Assembly: GCA_963787835.1 (NCBI GenBank)
Contig: CAWBEI010000002.1
Span: forward strand, 832,001-896,000
Length of the DNA: 64,000 nt
From: Ignavibacteriota bacterium
GTDB taxonomy: Bacteria > Bacteroidota > Ignavibacteria > Palsa-1295
Direction: 5' to 3'
Made by a program: the position numbers and the translations under genes. Shown in pieces: positions 40,001 through 49,001 of this stretch (position 1 is its first letter; the number at the start of each line of letters is the position of its first letter). Under the pieces are notes generated by a model. That model saw only the letters and a program-made list of their open reading frames with translations. It made no database searches and was not told where the DNA came from.

Positions 40001-43000
40001 TAAATGTTGTCGCCAGGACGTACCGGCAACGTGTGATATTTCTCACCGGCATACCATGTGCCCGTCTTCGGTCCACCGGATTCACAATCCATTTGAACTA
40101 CATCTCCAGGTGCATTAAGATCGCTTGGGGAGAGTGTGTACTCACGGCCCGCGAGAGCAGCAGAGTCCTCAAGCAACGATGCGCGCTGCGCTTCGGCATA
40201 CGTCCATGCCGATGGGCGCAAAAGCGAAAGCGAGAACAGGGTGTTCGTGCGCAGATTTGGATGACGCTCGACGATCGATGAGTCCGGAACGAAGTCAAGT
40301 CTGCCCTGATAGGTCTGCTGAACATCGGAACCGCCCTCGGCCGCCTTGATCTCCTTCAGGTTCACGCGAACGAACTCGTTCGTGCTCTGATTGAGAACGA
40401 TGTACGTGGTATAGTTCTCGGCGTTGTCATCACGATTCGAATCGCTGAGTGCAACGTCAGCCTGCAGGAACAACGGGTATCCAATAGGATGCGGCCCAGT
40501 GAAATCGATCTGCATGAGGTCGATCTTGTTCACGTAAGTTGAATCTTGATCAAAAATGTTGCGCGTAAAGCGGTGTATCTTGACGATGTTTGCAGGCAAA
40601 CCAAGCGAGAACGCTTCGGATGGCGCAAGGCGGCGGTTGGAGTAATCTGCCGTCTTCATGTTCGTGCCTCTGTCATATAGGTCATATACGCGGCCTTCCA
40701 TTAAGAGCGTATCCGGAATGGTGCCGATCGAATTAGCCTGATACGAATACGTCGGATTGCTATTCGGCTCATAGATATTGGTGTAGCAGCCGTTGTAGTA
40801 ATCGATAAAGAAGCTACCCTGCTCAACACCTGTTGGTGGGTGTTCTTCGGTAACGATTCCCGGGCCTGTTTCACCCCAGAAGTTACCACGAAGCGTATCG
40901 ACGCCGCTCTTGCCGATCACAGGAGAGACCGGAAGGCGCACAACGTATCGTGCAGAGTTGCCATAGATAGCATCATTGCGCGAGTTGCTTGCATAAGAAG
41001 GAATAGGACCTTCGAAATCTGCCCAAATCGTTGCTCCTACGTTCGGATCTCCCGGATTTGCAACACCCGACGAATCGAGATCGACCGTTGCGGAAGAAGT
41101 AGAAGTACAAATGTTATTCGAGATGAGCGTCAGGTTCGTCATGATCTTCAGGTCGAACTGATCGCTCCAAATCGCAGAGCCAGAATACGCCTCGTTGCGC
41201 TCAAAGCGAGCCTGACTGATAATAGTCGAATCAATTGGAGCCAGCGAGCAAAGGTCGCTCGTGATGCGAATGTACATGGCGCCACCGCGTCCGTGCGCCG
41301 ATTCCGTGTTCGATGGATCATAGCTATACAGACCTGCAGAATCCGGTCCGAGATAAGCAGCATTACCGATAAAACGGGTTAGCTCGCGCTGATCGTATGG
41401 GAAAATGCTTGCAGTAGGATCTTGTGGAATCGTTGGGTTCTGAGCGTTATACTGATTCTCAGCGAAATAACGGTTGATAGCAGTCTGATTGGCGCAAGCG
41501 ATCTCATCTTCGATCATAACCGCACCACCATTACCGCCGACAACAAAGTTTCCATTGAATTCTGTCGAGAACGTGGAATCACGGAAGCCAACATACTCTG
41601 CGCCGCCGCCCTTTACGCTTTCAGCGTATTGAGCACCACGATTTACGCGAGCATCGAACGGATTAACACTGTTCTGCAAGTGCCATGATCGGCGTTCGCT
41701 TATATCCGGCGTTCCGCCTGCATTACCATCGAGGTAGATACTTCCCCCACCCTCACCGGCAACGTTATTGTAAAACTTCACACGCAATTCGATAGAATCA
41801 AAACCACCCGGCCACGCCAGCGAAAGAGGCGCAAGGTAGCCAGTGATATAAACCTGGTTCGGAGCATAGATAGCTCCGCCGTATGTGTAGGCAACGTTTC
41901 CGTCAAACTCGATCTTTCCGGAATCGCGAACACCGTTGACAAAGTTTTCAGCATTGACGATGAGACGTGGAACCGGCATTCCGAGTACGTTCGAAGGATT
42001 GCCAAGTTCAATTGCACCACCCATACCGGCAACGCAACCATTGAACATCGCCGTCTTCATGATCGCAAGGCCAGGCATCTGGTCGTTAGGTGTTCCGTTC
42101 GTCACGAGATTCTCGTGCGGGTTACCGGCATACGGGCTTACACAGATGGCTCCACCCCATGAGTTGAGATCATAACCTTCGATCGCAGAGTCGTTATTGA
42201 ATGTCGCCTGCGAAAGAACAAGTCCGCTGTTCGTACCTACATAGATAGCGCCGCCCTCGGCGAAATCGGTACCTACATTACTGGATAAAAGATTGAATGT
42301 ATTGTTCGCCGTGCAACGCTCGAAAAGCATTTGATCTTGCGTGGCAGTGAAAAAGATCGGATTTGCGGGCGTACCGGTTACAAATGGGCTGTGACCGAGG
42401 TAGCCGACCACGTTGTCAGCCGCAACATAACTCGTAGCATTCGAGGCCATATAAATGGCGCCACCGAGCGCGAGATTGCTCGTCGGAGCCGAAGTCTCAT
42501 TATTATAGACGCGTGTATCGCGAATAGTAAGAAGGCATACCTGGTGGTTTGCAAGCGCGAGACGACCATCGTCAGGCGCCGGCCAGCCTACCGGAGATTG
42601 AAGGAATGCGAAAGCGCCACCGGCAAACGATGCGCGGCAGCTATCCACGATAACATTGTAAAGGTAAGTCTTAGCAGAGAACGTTGCGATTACACCACCT
42701 ACGCCGTTGATCACATTGTCGATCGCGTTATTGAACGACGCATGCGTAGCATCGTAGATGGGACTGTAAAGATAAGTTTGATCGACCGTATTGCGCTTAC
42801 GGAAGTTCGTGAACCGAACGTTCGCGAAATACGCGGAGTCTGAATTTGGAAGAATGACAAAATGACCCCACTCGAAAGAGGTGTCACCTTCCGACGCACC
42901 ACGGAAAAGGATGATGCTATCTGACGGGATCAAGCCAGGGATGGTTGCATAACCATTGGCGATGATCTTGCCGCCGGTGGAGTCAACGATGCGGCTATTG

Positions 43001-43329
43001 TCCAAGAACCATACTTCGGCTCCATTTGCAATAAGCAATTTGCCGCCGATATGGAGGTCGCCGGAGATCTGGTAGATCGTATCGCGGGCCGAATTGTTCG
43101 GCACACGCGGATAGAAATATACCGTGACGCCCGGGTTAATATAACCCGACACACGTTTGATGTACTGTGCGTTCACCTGGCCGGTGGAGGCCATGAAGCC
43201 CAGCAGCACAAGTAGCGCTGCAAAGCAACGGCGCATCGCAACTCCGTTAGTGAGGAACGAGAACCGTCCTGAGCTCACGCGAGCCGCACGGTCTGTAACT
43301 GAAAGGCAATTGTCCTGGTCGAGTCTCAT
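37066..43329 (-). CDS. 2087-aa T9SS-secreted protein: Pmp-like GGAI/FxxN beta-helix, He_PIG/cadherin-like Ig domains, ATDG-motif domain, FlgD-Ig CTD
   Basis: About 10 GGA(I/F/V/M) repeats with FxxN; WIHIDPYSGVLSGIP; NHPPAF; NYPNPFN...WDGTD..G..VPDGTY. Confidence 0.8.
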   Translation of the reverse strand: MRLDQDNCLSVTDRAARVSSGRFSFLTNGVAMRRCFAALLVLLGFMASTGQVNAQYIKRVSGYINPGVTVYFYPRVPNNSARDTIYQISGDLHIGGKLLIANGAEVWFLDNSRIVDSTGGKIIANGYATIPGLIPSDSIILFRGASEGDTSFEWGHFVILPNSDSAYFANVRFTNFRKRNTVDQTYLYSPIYDATHASFNNAIDNVINGVGGVIATFSAKTYLYNVIVDSCRASFAGGAFAFLQSPVGWPAPDDGRLALANHQVCLLTIRDTRVYNNETSAPTSNLALGGAIYMASNATSYVAADNVVGYLGHSPFVTGTPANPIFFTATQDQMLFERCTANNTFNLLSSNVGTDFAEGGAIYVGTNSGLVLSQATFNNDSAIEGYDLNSWGGAICVSPYAGNPHENLVTNGTPNDQMPGLAIMKTAMFNGCVAGMGGAIELGNPSNVLGMPVPRLIVNAENFVNGVRDSGKIEFDGNVAYTYGGAIYAPNQVYITGYLAPLSLAWPGGFDSIELRVKFYNNVAGEGGGSIYLDGNAGGTPDISERRSWHLQNSVNPFDARVNRGAQYAESVKGGGAEYVGFRDSTFSTEFNGNFVVGGNGGAVMIEDEIACANQTAINRYFAENQYNAQNPTIPQDPTASIFPYDQRELTRFIGNAAYLGPDSAGLYSYDPSNTESAHGRGGAMYIRITSDLCSLAPIDSTIISQARFERNEAYSGSAIWSDQFDLKIMTNLTLISNNICTSTSSATVDLDSSGVANPGDPNVGATIWADFEGPIPSYASNSRNDAIYGNSARYVVRLPVSPVIGKSGVDTLRGNFWGETGPGIVTEEHPPTGVEQGSFFIDYYNGCYTNIYEPNSNPTYSYQANSIGTIPDTLLMEGRVYDLYDRGTNMKTADYSNRRLAPSEAFSLGLPANIVKIHRFTRNIFDQDSTYVNKIDLMQIDFTGPHPIGYPLFLQADVALSDSNRDDNAENYTTYIVLNQSTNEFVRVNLKEIKAAEGGSDVQQTYQGRLDFVPDSSIVERHPNLRTNTLFSLSLLRPSAWTYAEAQRASLLEDSAALAGREYTLSPSDLNAPGDVVQMDCESGGPKTGTWYAGEKYHTLPVRPGDNIYVISRTQLWKYGAAYAIANGLQFTIGNVLPPQFVGDIPKLQSDPYNPNVRFVKEDVNYNNSNANTTLFRIGGYDPNNFYDPRFLFNPGNYTQLGINVSIDLFKGDVVPSGAAPGGATYIPAAALDSVENHVRLTHWLHQTVIYNQNITGSNGYVQLSGQPHNPDVVPGGESLTATLTNFPPNYVSENGLLNGFPGALGPDSESLSMWVFPPYMNCDRNPDSTTAIPDTLCVAASTNTYHFKIVVMDSVPVFDAIGPSSCGYPGPVGILTDSLRYSLDLNTDDEREDSAAAVETEAPATTNSLNPDLVRHLAWSTGPTDTSFYRNFKYGRTSYNFVTQPSWMVEPQGGIYVPIDSTDPNFLRLGIINVRIDSSDAVNNYLQTVPQVNPNPGELNLDTVMAVMANDGHTGQTIVNEPITILFAPTFLTTTLPDAKEGIDYSLNFQNANDIQRIQVQNLNPEHSLTYRLLYRGNTEYLFRDFPNKVPAEDSMLANGTWVVSKSHMGKPDTIVGTTPNWIHIDPYSGVLSGIPGDTDAPSFPGTCNGPDTLTVVVTDGNGTSYCVAAWETIPINVDSVNHPPAFVRGPGEMCVLNNTQFCDSITVYDPDLTRMPCAVDTITVTDSNGFKINGSGSTVTFTGQLSNDSVRFQICGSFNENSNYFSQVPVPQEFVKVIVHDISGLSDTMRLPVNLGENPAFECTILVSNTQTTLHPLVDVQQLCFGAGQSATDGIDQQYCEYELAPIPPSSSFDARWVLPIGGSVDGTTIDIRNNSNASITWQVEFQPGDDGGGAGSLYPIQICWTRSCLDSASLPAPFNTGHFYLRDPQSSQEFSIDMATGQGPIDNSLYTLKSVGSDTECLQIRNQGLTNAIIVFQPANSGVGTSSQTQFALQPNYPNPFNGATTLSFSVQTRSNVRIDIYDVKGALIRTIVNESLDAGSYPVTWDGTDASGAPVPDGTYIATMRAGSFGSSVKMSMERSAQ

Positions 43330-43475
43330 ATGTCCAGTTTTCTACTTAGAACCCAAATAGGTTTTGGAATCATTTTGTCGCCTGTGAGCACCTCGGAGGA
43401 GCTGTTTCGTCCTCTCAAAGCACCCTGGCGGTTGCTAAAACATTTTATGAACGCGGGAAAACCAATTTCCTGCGC

Positions 43476-44207
43476 TTAAAGCTCCACATTCATTTTCAAG
43501 AGCTCTCTCTTGGCGGCATCGTCGAACTGACCGCTCGGGAAGTCCGCCGCGAGCTTTCGATACAAACGGACTGCGTCGTCCTTTTTATTAGCCGCTTCGT
43601 AGTCACGGGCGGCGGAAAGCAGGTAATCAGCGGCAAGCGGATTTGTATCGTCCCGTTGCGCCGCTGATTCAAATAACTTCGCAGATTCGATTTTGTTACC
43701 GCTGTGCTCCAAAATAGCTGCGCGACCTGCTTCGATAGAAGCTTTTACGATCGGATAATCGGATGAAGCCTTTTCGAACTCCCGGCTGGCGCTATCGTAC
43801 TTGCCAAGGGCATAGTATGAATTCGCAAGCAAGAGTGTGGCTTGGTTGCCCGATGACGTCGATCCGTATTCTTCCGAGATGTAACGAAGCCCATAAATGG
43901 GTTCGCCATCTACCTTCTGCTGACGGTTGCCATCAATTGCATGACGGTAATCATCATTAAAGTAGTAATAAACTACCCGCGAAAGATACGTAGCCGCGTG
44001 ATCGCTATTCGTCTTCTGCTGTCCCACCCACCACCAGAGCCCTGCGATGAGTGCTACAAGCACTACTCCAGCAGCCCCTACGGTCCGCTGGTTATTAAGA
44101 ACCCAGTCCTGAGTAGCCTCATAGCGCAGAAGAAGCCTCTCTGTTTGAGAAAGCCGCTCTGCGCCTGGTTGCTCTATTTCCTTAAGTTCTCGCTGAGAAC
44201 GAATCAT
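43476..44207 (-). CDS. Membrane-anchored tetratricopeptide-repeat protein (YfgM-like)
   Basis: One N-terminal TM helix, then TPRs (LANSYYALGKYDSA..EF; A..LY.KL...FP). Confidence 0.75.
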   Translation of the reverse strand: MIRSQRELKEIEQPGAERLSQTERLLLRYEATQDWVLNNQRTVGAAGVVLVALIAGLWWWVGQQKTNSDHAATYLSRVVYYYFNDDYRHAIDGNRQQKVDGEPIYGLRYISEEYGSTSSGNQATLLLANSYYALGKYDSASREFEKASSDYPIVKASIEAGRAAILEHSGNKIESAKLFESAAQRDDTNPLAADYLLSAARDYEAANKKDDAVRLYRKLAADFPSGQFDDAAKRELLKMNVEL

Positions 44208-44321
44208 CCGTTAAAAAAACTTATTCCGTATCCACGGGGCATGAGCCCAGAATTCTTCGGGTCGCATTACATGGAGCACCACCTTTCGGCAAAGCACCAT
44301 TTGGCACGCTGCGTTCCGTTG

Positions 44322-44395
44322 CGCGCCCGGAAGGACTTGAACCCTCAGCCTTTGGAACCGGAATCCAACGTTCTATCCAGTTGAACTACGGGCGC
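44322..44395 (-). tRNA. tRNA-Arg (CCG), CCA not encoded
   Basis: GCGCCCG acceptor stem, D-loop ACTGGATA, anticodon arm TTGGA-TTCCGGT-TCCAA, T-loop GGTTCAAGTCC. Confidence 0.95.
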
Positions 44396-44478
44396 CAGCC
44401 TCACTGGCAAGCATCATCAACGTAAAAGGCGGGGGTTAAAAACCCTCGTCTTCGACGTTCCGGACGATCTTCCCGATA

Positions 44479-44486
44479 CAAATATA
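44479..44486 (-). promoter_or_regulatory. TAnnTTTG promoter box for tRNA-Arg
   Basis: TATATTTG about 85 bp upstream of the tRNA 5' end. Confidence 0.6.
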
Positions 44487-44659
44487 CGAAGTATTTTAAC
44501 AACCCGAAGAAAATCCCGATTTTTTTCAGGTCGTAGCCTACTTTTCCATTCGTATTAGGATGTCGGACAAGGAAGCTCCTAAACAACCTCGCATTTCGAG
44601 TTTTGTTACACCCCCCTGACAGCTTTTTTAAATATTTTTTCTAACAAGAGCTTTTCAAT

Positions 44660-44873
44660 GAGACACCCGCCCCAATTGGACGAGTGTCTCCAACCATGAT
44701 AGAGCTCCGCACCTTGCTGCCGAAATCCCGGAATTCATCCGGAATGGCGGAAACAAGGGGCGGAGCGAACGAAGAGATCACGACGCATCGTCGCCGATGC
44801 TCCATTGCCGACCCACAATTGAGTCTGCCCCTATAGCAACTGCGCTCCCTCTTCGTTCGACATCCGCATGCCC
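44660..44873 (-). ncRNA. Candidate structured RNA (three abutting long hairpins), family unknown
   Basis: Stems 44660-44690, 44704-44766 and 44766-44859; mismatches resolve as G-U pairs on the minus strand. Confidence 0.3.
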
Positions 44874-44881
44874 ACTTTTTT

Positions 44882-44987
44882 AATTAATAATTAAGAAGTA
44901 AAAATTAAGAATTGTGGCTCTTTGTACGATAATCCGTATCGTGGCATCCGGGGCCACCCCCACATTCTTAATTCTTAATTATCAATT
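44882..44987. repeat. Inverted heptamer array (AATTAAG / CTTAATT)
   Basis: aattaataattaagaagtaaaaattaagaattgtgg ... ccacattcttaattcttaattatcaatt. Confidence 0.65.
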
Positions 44988-45403
44988 CATACTTTCCTAC
45001 TACCCCATTGTACTACTTCGAGCCGCACTTTTCCTAAGCCCGACCGGTCGATACCGATCGCTTTTGCGGCGGCATAACTAAGATCAATAACTCTCTCCTG
45101 CTTTACCGGGCCGCGATCGTTGATCCGGACTTCCACCTGGGCGTTCGTCGAGAGGTTCGTTACCTTTACGATGGTGCCAAAAGGGTACGTCCGGTGCGCG
45201 GCCGTGAATTTCGAATTGTCAAAGATTTCGCCATTCGAGGTTTTGCAGCCCTGAAATTCATTCGAATAATAGGATGCAATACCCTCCTGAGTGCCCATAG
45301 CGCTCATCATTGGCGCCATGGCACACCCGCTAAAGGCCAATGCTAAGAGCACCACGGCAGCGGAAATTCCCGCGCCTCGAATTTGCATTATTGAGGCTTT
45401 CAT
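44987..45403 (-). CDS. rlpA: RlpA-family septal ring lytic transglycosylase (DPBB) lipoprotein
   Basis: GIASYY...TSNGE...TAAHRTYPFGT.VKVTN...VRINDRGP...IDLS.AAA; lipobox FSGC. Confidence 0.9.
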   Translation of the reverse strand: MKASIMQIRGAGISAAVVLLALAFSGCAMAPMMSAMGTQEGIASYYSNEFQGCKTSNGEIFDNSKFTAAHRTYPFGTIVKVTNLSTNAQVEVRINDRGPVKQERVIDLSYAAAKAIGIDRSGLGKVRLEVVQWGSRKV

Positions 45404-45429
45404 CTGCAAGTGTTACATTCTTAGCAATA

Positions 45430-45437
45430 CAAATATA
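45430..45437 (-). promoter_or_regulatory. TAnnTTTG promoter box for rlpA
   Basis: TATATTTG just upstream of rlpA. Confidence 0.55.
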
Positions 45438-45609
45438 CAATGAAAAATATGAAAAGTCAAGCAAAGACTTAAAGTATTTTCTATCAATCCTCATTTTACC
45501 CACAATTTGACACGATTTCGCAAGAAAATTCTTTGGGAAACGTATATTATTTTTTGGTTAAGGCGATTTATAGATTTCGAACGGGCCGAAATGGATAGAC
45601 ACCAGTATT

Positions 45610-48197
45610 CTATTCCTTCACAAACTTCGCCCTGTTCACGCCATCGCTGACAAAATACACGCCTGACGGAAGAGAAGAAATATCGATCGTATTTCCAGTT
45701 TGATGAACAGCATAGATCCTCCCAAGCGGATCGACTATCGTCAGCGGGCCGAACGGGGATGTAACGAAAATGTTATTTATGGCTGGGTCGGGGTAAATCG
45801 AAAATGTGCTTGCAACGTCGGGGGTGCTGGTAGTTATGCCCGATCCGACATAGTGATCGGTAGGATTGAATTGGATATAATCCGCCCATAGAATGGAATC
45901 CGTGGCGCGAGAATCGTGGCCGGTATAATGGAAGGCAAGGGTGTGTTCTCCAGCAGGAATAAATTTTATCCCAAGCGAAATGCTATCGTTCGTATAGAGA
46001 ACGGTATCGAATCCAGCGATGTGCGAGAGTGTGATACTATCTAGGATCACATCGAAATTCGCAAAGATCGTTCCTCTCCCATATTGGAAACCGATCGAAA
46101 AGGTATCGGCATAAGGGATAAAAAAGTGCTCGGTCGCTATGGTGGAAATAGAATCAGGGCGAAACCAAAGCACAGCATCATGGCTGAAATTATTGGGGAG
46201 ATGTTGCAAGAGCGGTAAAAACTCCGATGCACCGAAGACTGCCGTAGTAGAGTCGGTCCAAAAATCCTCGCACTCGTAACGGAGGGTGCGCGTGATCCGT
46301 ACCGGATCCGGCGAGGCAGTGCTTCCGCTTTTCACTCCAAGGAGTGAAACGAAATAAGTGCTATCGGCAAGCTCCGGCACTATTAACCACCCCGCGATCT
46401 GATTCTCTGGACTAACACTTGATCGGGAATAAGCACATTTCCCTCCGATGCTCGCCATTATGGAATCTCCCGGAGCGAATCCGGCGCCAACGAAGTGAAG
46501 CGTATCGCCGGTTTTGGCCGTAAGAGGTTTCGGTTCATCGAGCAGTTGGATGGTTGGAACACGGGTCACAAAAATAGTGTATGGAGAGGCAACTCCATTT
46601 ACGGAAAGTGTGTGAAAACCGACCGGAAGCGAAGGAACGGTTACTTGCAGATCGAACCCGCCATCGGAATTTGCTGTGGTTTGGCTTATGGGGATGGAAT
46701 CGAGGTCAATATCGATCTGCTCCCGGGAGGAATATCCGGCTCCGGCAATGTCCCATTGTTCGCCGCCAGGATCGTGTCATGATCCGTCCAGAATGGAATG
46801 TGGCGCTGATACCAGAAGGCAAGCGTGCGGTAGTATTCATGAGAGTCATTATTGTTTCCATGCTGGAAATCGAAATCGAACGCTTCCCGAAAATCCATCG
46901 CATCGAGATAGTGGAAACGGAAGTAATTTGCGAAATTATTGCTCGTTCCTCCGAAGGGCATAAAATAGTCTCCAGTGTAGAAATAGAGCGCGCCATTGAA
47001 ATACTCCTCGGTGCCTCCGTAATGGAATGAATTCCAAGTACTCGAATCGATCGTAAATACAGCGTCTCCCTCATACGTCTCAACGAGCTGCAGATCATGA
47101 ATACCCATCAGCAGGCCGATATATTTACCTTTTCCCTTGATATGCAGCACAGGATGGTACACGCCGTATCGCGTTGGATCTGTTTGGCTATATCTGGCAT
47201 GAAGATACCCGAATGTATCGCGATCGACCGCTTGTGGAATGAGCGAAACCTTCCCTTGAATGGTGACTGGCTTGCTCGAAATATTCCTGAATGCGATCCG
47301 CATGGAGCTCGCAAATGGCATAGGCAGCCGCATTTCAAATCCCGAATCCTGGGTGAATTCGATGGGCAGCGAATGCAGATCGCGAAAATCGTAGCTCTGT
47401 CCGAAGAGCGAGAGCAACGAAGTCGAGAACGAGGGTGACGCCTCGCCATCCCAATAAATATCAAGCCAGACGGAGTCCAGCGTCGAATCGTAATAACTTG
47501 GAAGCAGCCTAAAGGATCGAACGATGTTGGAACCCTTAATAGTGAGAAGTGTCGAATCAGCACCCGATGTTAGCAGTGCTTTATAGCTGGAATCGACGCC
47601 GGTTGTGCCACGCCATAGTAAAGAAGGGTTTCGATAGACACTATCTGCTTGCAACTCATCCTGAAGAAAAACCAACGTATTTAAGCCATCGCTGAACGGT
47701 AAGTCCACGCTTGCCGGAAGCGGCCGCCATGCAAAATCATACCATAACGCTGAAGAAGTACCCGGACATTTGGTCAGAAGCTGAAATCCCTTCTGGTATG
47801 AGATCTGAACATCGCAAAGCCTCGCTTCGCCAATAATAGTATCAAACGGATTTCGCATATTTCCATCTGGATGATCGAAAAAGTTCTGGAAGGTCGCACT
47901 CCGTAATTCCTGTCCATCGACGATGAGTTTTAATCCTGTTTCCGAATCCGGCAGGAGTGAAGTAAGCCATAGGTGGGTGATAATGCCGACTCCGGTATCC
48001 TGGGCAGTGACATAGTAATTCGAGTCCCATGCATAGCCCCAACCATACGCCTGACGTAGCGGGGCAAAATCGGGTTCGTTAAGCCGAGAAATTGCAAGCG
48101 GATCAACCAAACGTGAGTACGGATTAATGGTCTGGGCAAATAATGGTGCAGCGGCGGTAAAAGCAAGAACGCACAGAAAGGAGTGAGAGTACCGCAT
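45610..48197 (-). pseudogene. DUF2961 (GH172-like) T9SS protein with a 1-bp frameshift near 46769-46770
   Basis: IYWDGE..PS, PMPF, GKGKYIG, EGD, GTEEYFN, FRFH..D and FWYQ motifs. Adding one C gives DTIPGGEQWDIAGAGY..., open straight into ORF 45610-46569, which ends in a CTD. Confidence 0.75.
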
Positions 48198-48344
48198 GCT
48201 TAAAATTTGCTGGGAATTGGTTTCACTCTTAATAGGACCGAAGCCCTGGAAAAAATTTCGGGATTTAACCGCTTGAAAAATACAAACACAAAATTACTCA
48301 ATCCGGCTTCCTCGGCGAAAGGCAAAAATAATTACCCTATCGGG

Positions 48345-48398
48345 TCACCGCTTCGCCCAGCCCTTTAATCGCCTTCGTTCGGCCTGGGACATTTCTAT
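48345..48398 (-). repeat. Orphan copy of the last 17 codons plus stop of the DEAD-box helicase gene (direct repeat of 49002-49055)
   Basis: Encodes [17 protein letters not shown]; 49 of 54 nt identical. Confidence 0.92.
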
Positions 48399-48403
48399 CA
48401 CAA

Positions 48404-48713
48404 TCAATGGATGCGATGTTTCCAATAGTCCGGTTCCTTGCTTTCATGTGCTACGGCTAGAATCGTTGCAACCTCCCGCTCGATCATAAAAACAATTTGA
48501 TAGGGAAAAATTCTTGTCCGAAAGGACCGGATGTTCGGGTTAAGTTCGCGTCCCTGCATGGGATGTTCAGTGATCCTCTCTATACAATGTTCCACCTTCA
48601 TCGATCAAGCTTGCCGCAAGCGGTGGGCTGATCGTGGCATAATAATCTACGGCGCGCTCATATTCCTCGACGGCTTCGAGGTGATATCGTACGTTCAGTG
48701 GATGATCGCTCAT
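48404..48713 (-). pseudogene. RelE/ParE-family toxin with a +1 frameshift near 48595
   Basis: MSDHPLNVRYHLEAVEEYERAVDYY...IDE joins VEHCIERITEHP...FPYQIVF...ILAVAH...PDYW when one G is removed; ATGA overlap with the antitoxin. Confidence 0.8.
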
Positions 48714-48946
48714 CCAACTCGTGTGCGAACCCGAGTACTTACTTCCTCCGCACTCATGGTCTTGGCGTTGCCGGAAAGAACCTCCTGCCGCCGCCGTTCC
48801 ACAACTTGAAGCCACTCCTGGGACAGTTCCGGCTCGCTTTTATCGATGCTTTCGACGATACGTGCCGCTAATGCCGCCCGTTCTTCGAGCGGCAATGAAA
48901 GCGCGGCTTGGGCTAATGTATCGAAAGAAAAGTTCACAGTGTTCAT
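48710..48946 (-). CDS. Addiction-module antitoxin component (TIGR02574-like)
   Basis: ALSLPLEERAALA..IVESI...EW...ERR...SG......AEEV pattern; upstream of a ParE-like toxin. Confidence 0.8.
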   Translation of the reverse strand: MNTVNFSFDTLAQAALSLPLEERAALAARIVESIDKSEPELSQEWLQVVERRRQEVLSGNAKTMSAEEVSTRVRTRVG

Positions 48947-49001
48947 ATTTCTTATCCTGAACGGCGTCCCGTCATAGTAGAGTTTCTTCGAACAAAGAAA
49001 T

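Noticed and set aside
44322-44395. tRNA-Arg as the integration site of an island
   Set aside because: No duplicated tRNA 3' end and no integrase were noticed in the window.
44401-44586. 61-aa minus-strand ORF upstream of the tRNA
   Set aside because: It overlaps the tRNA promoter region, starts with TTG and has no recognisable features.
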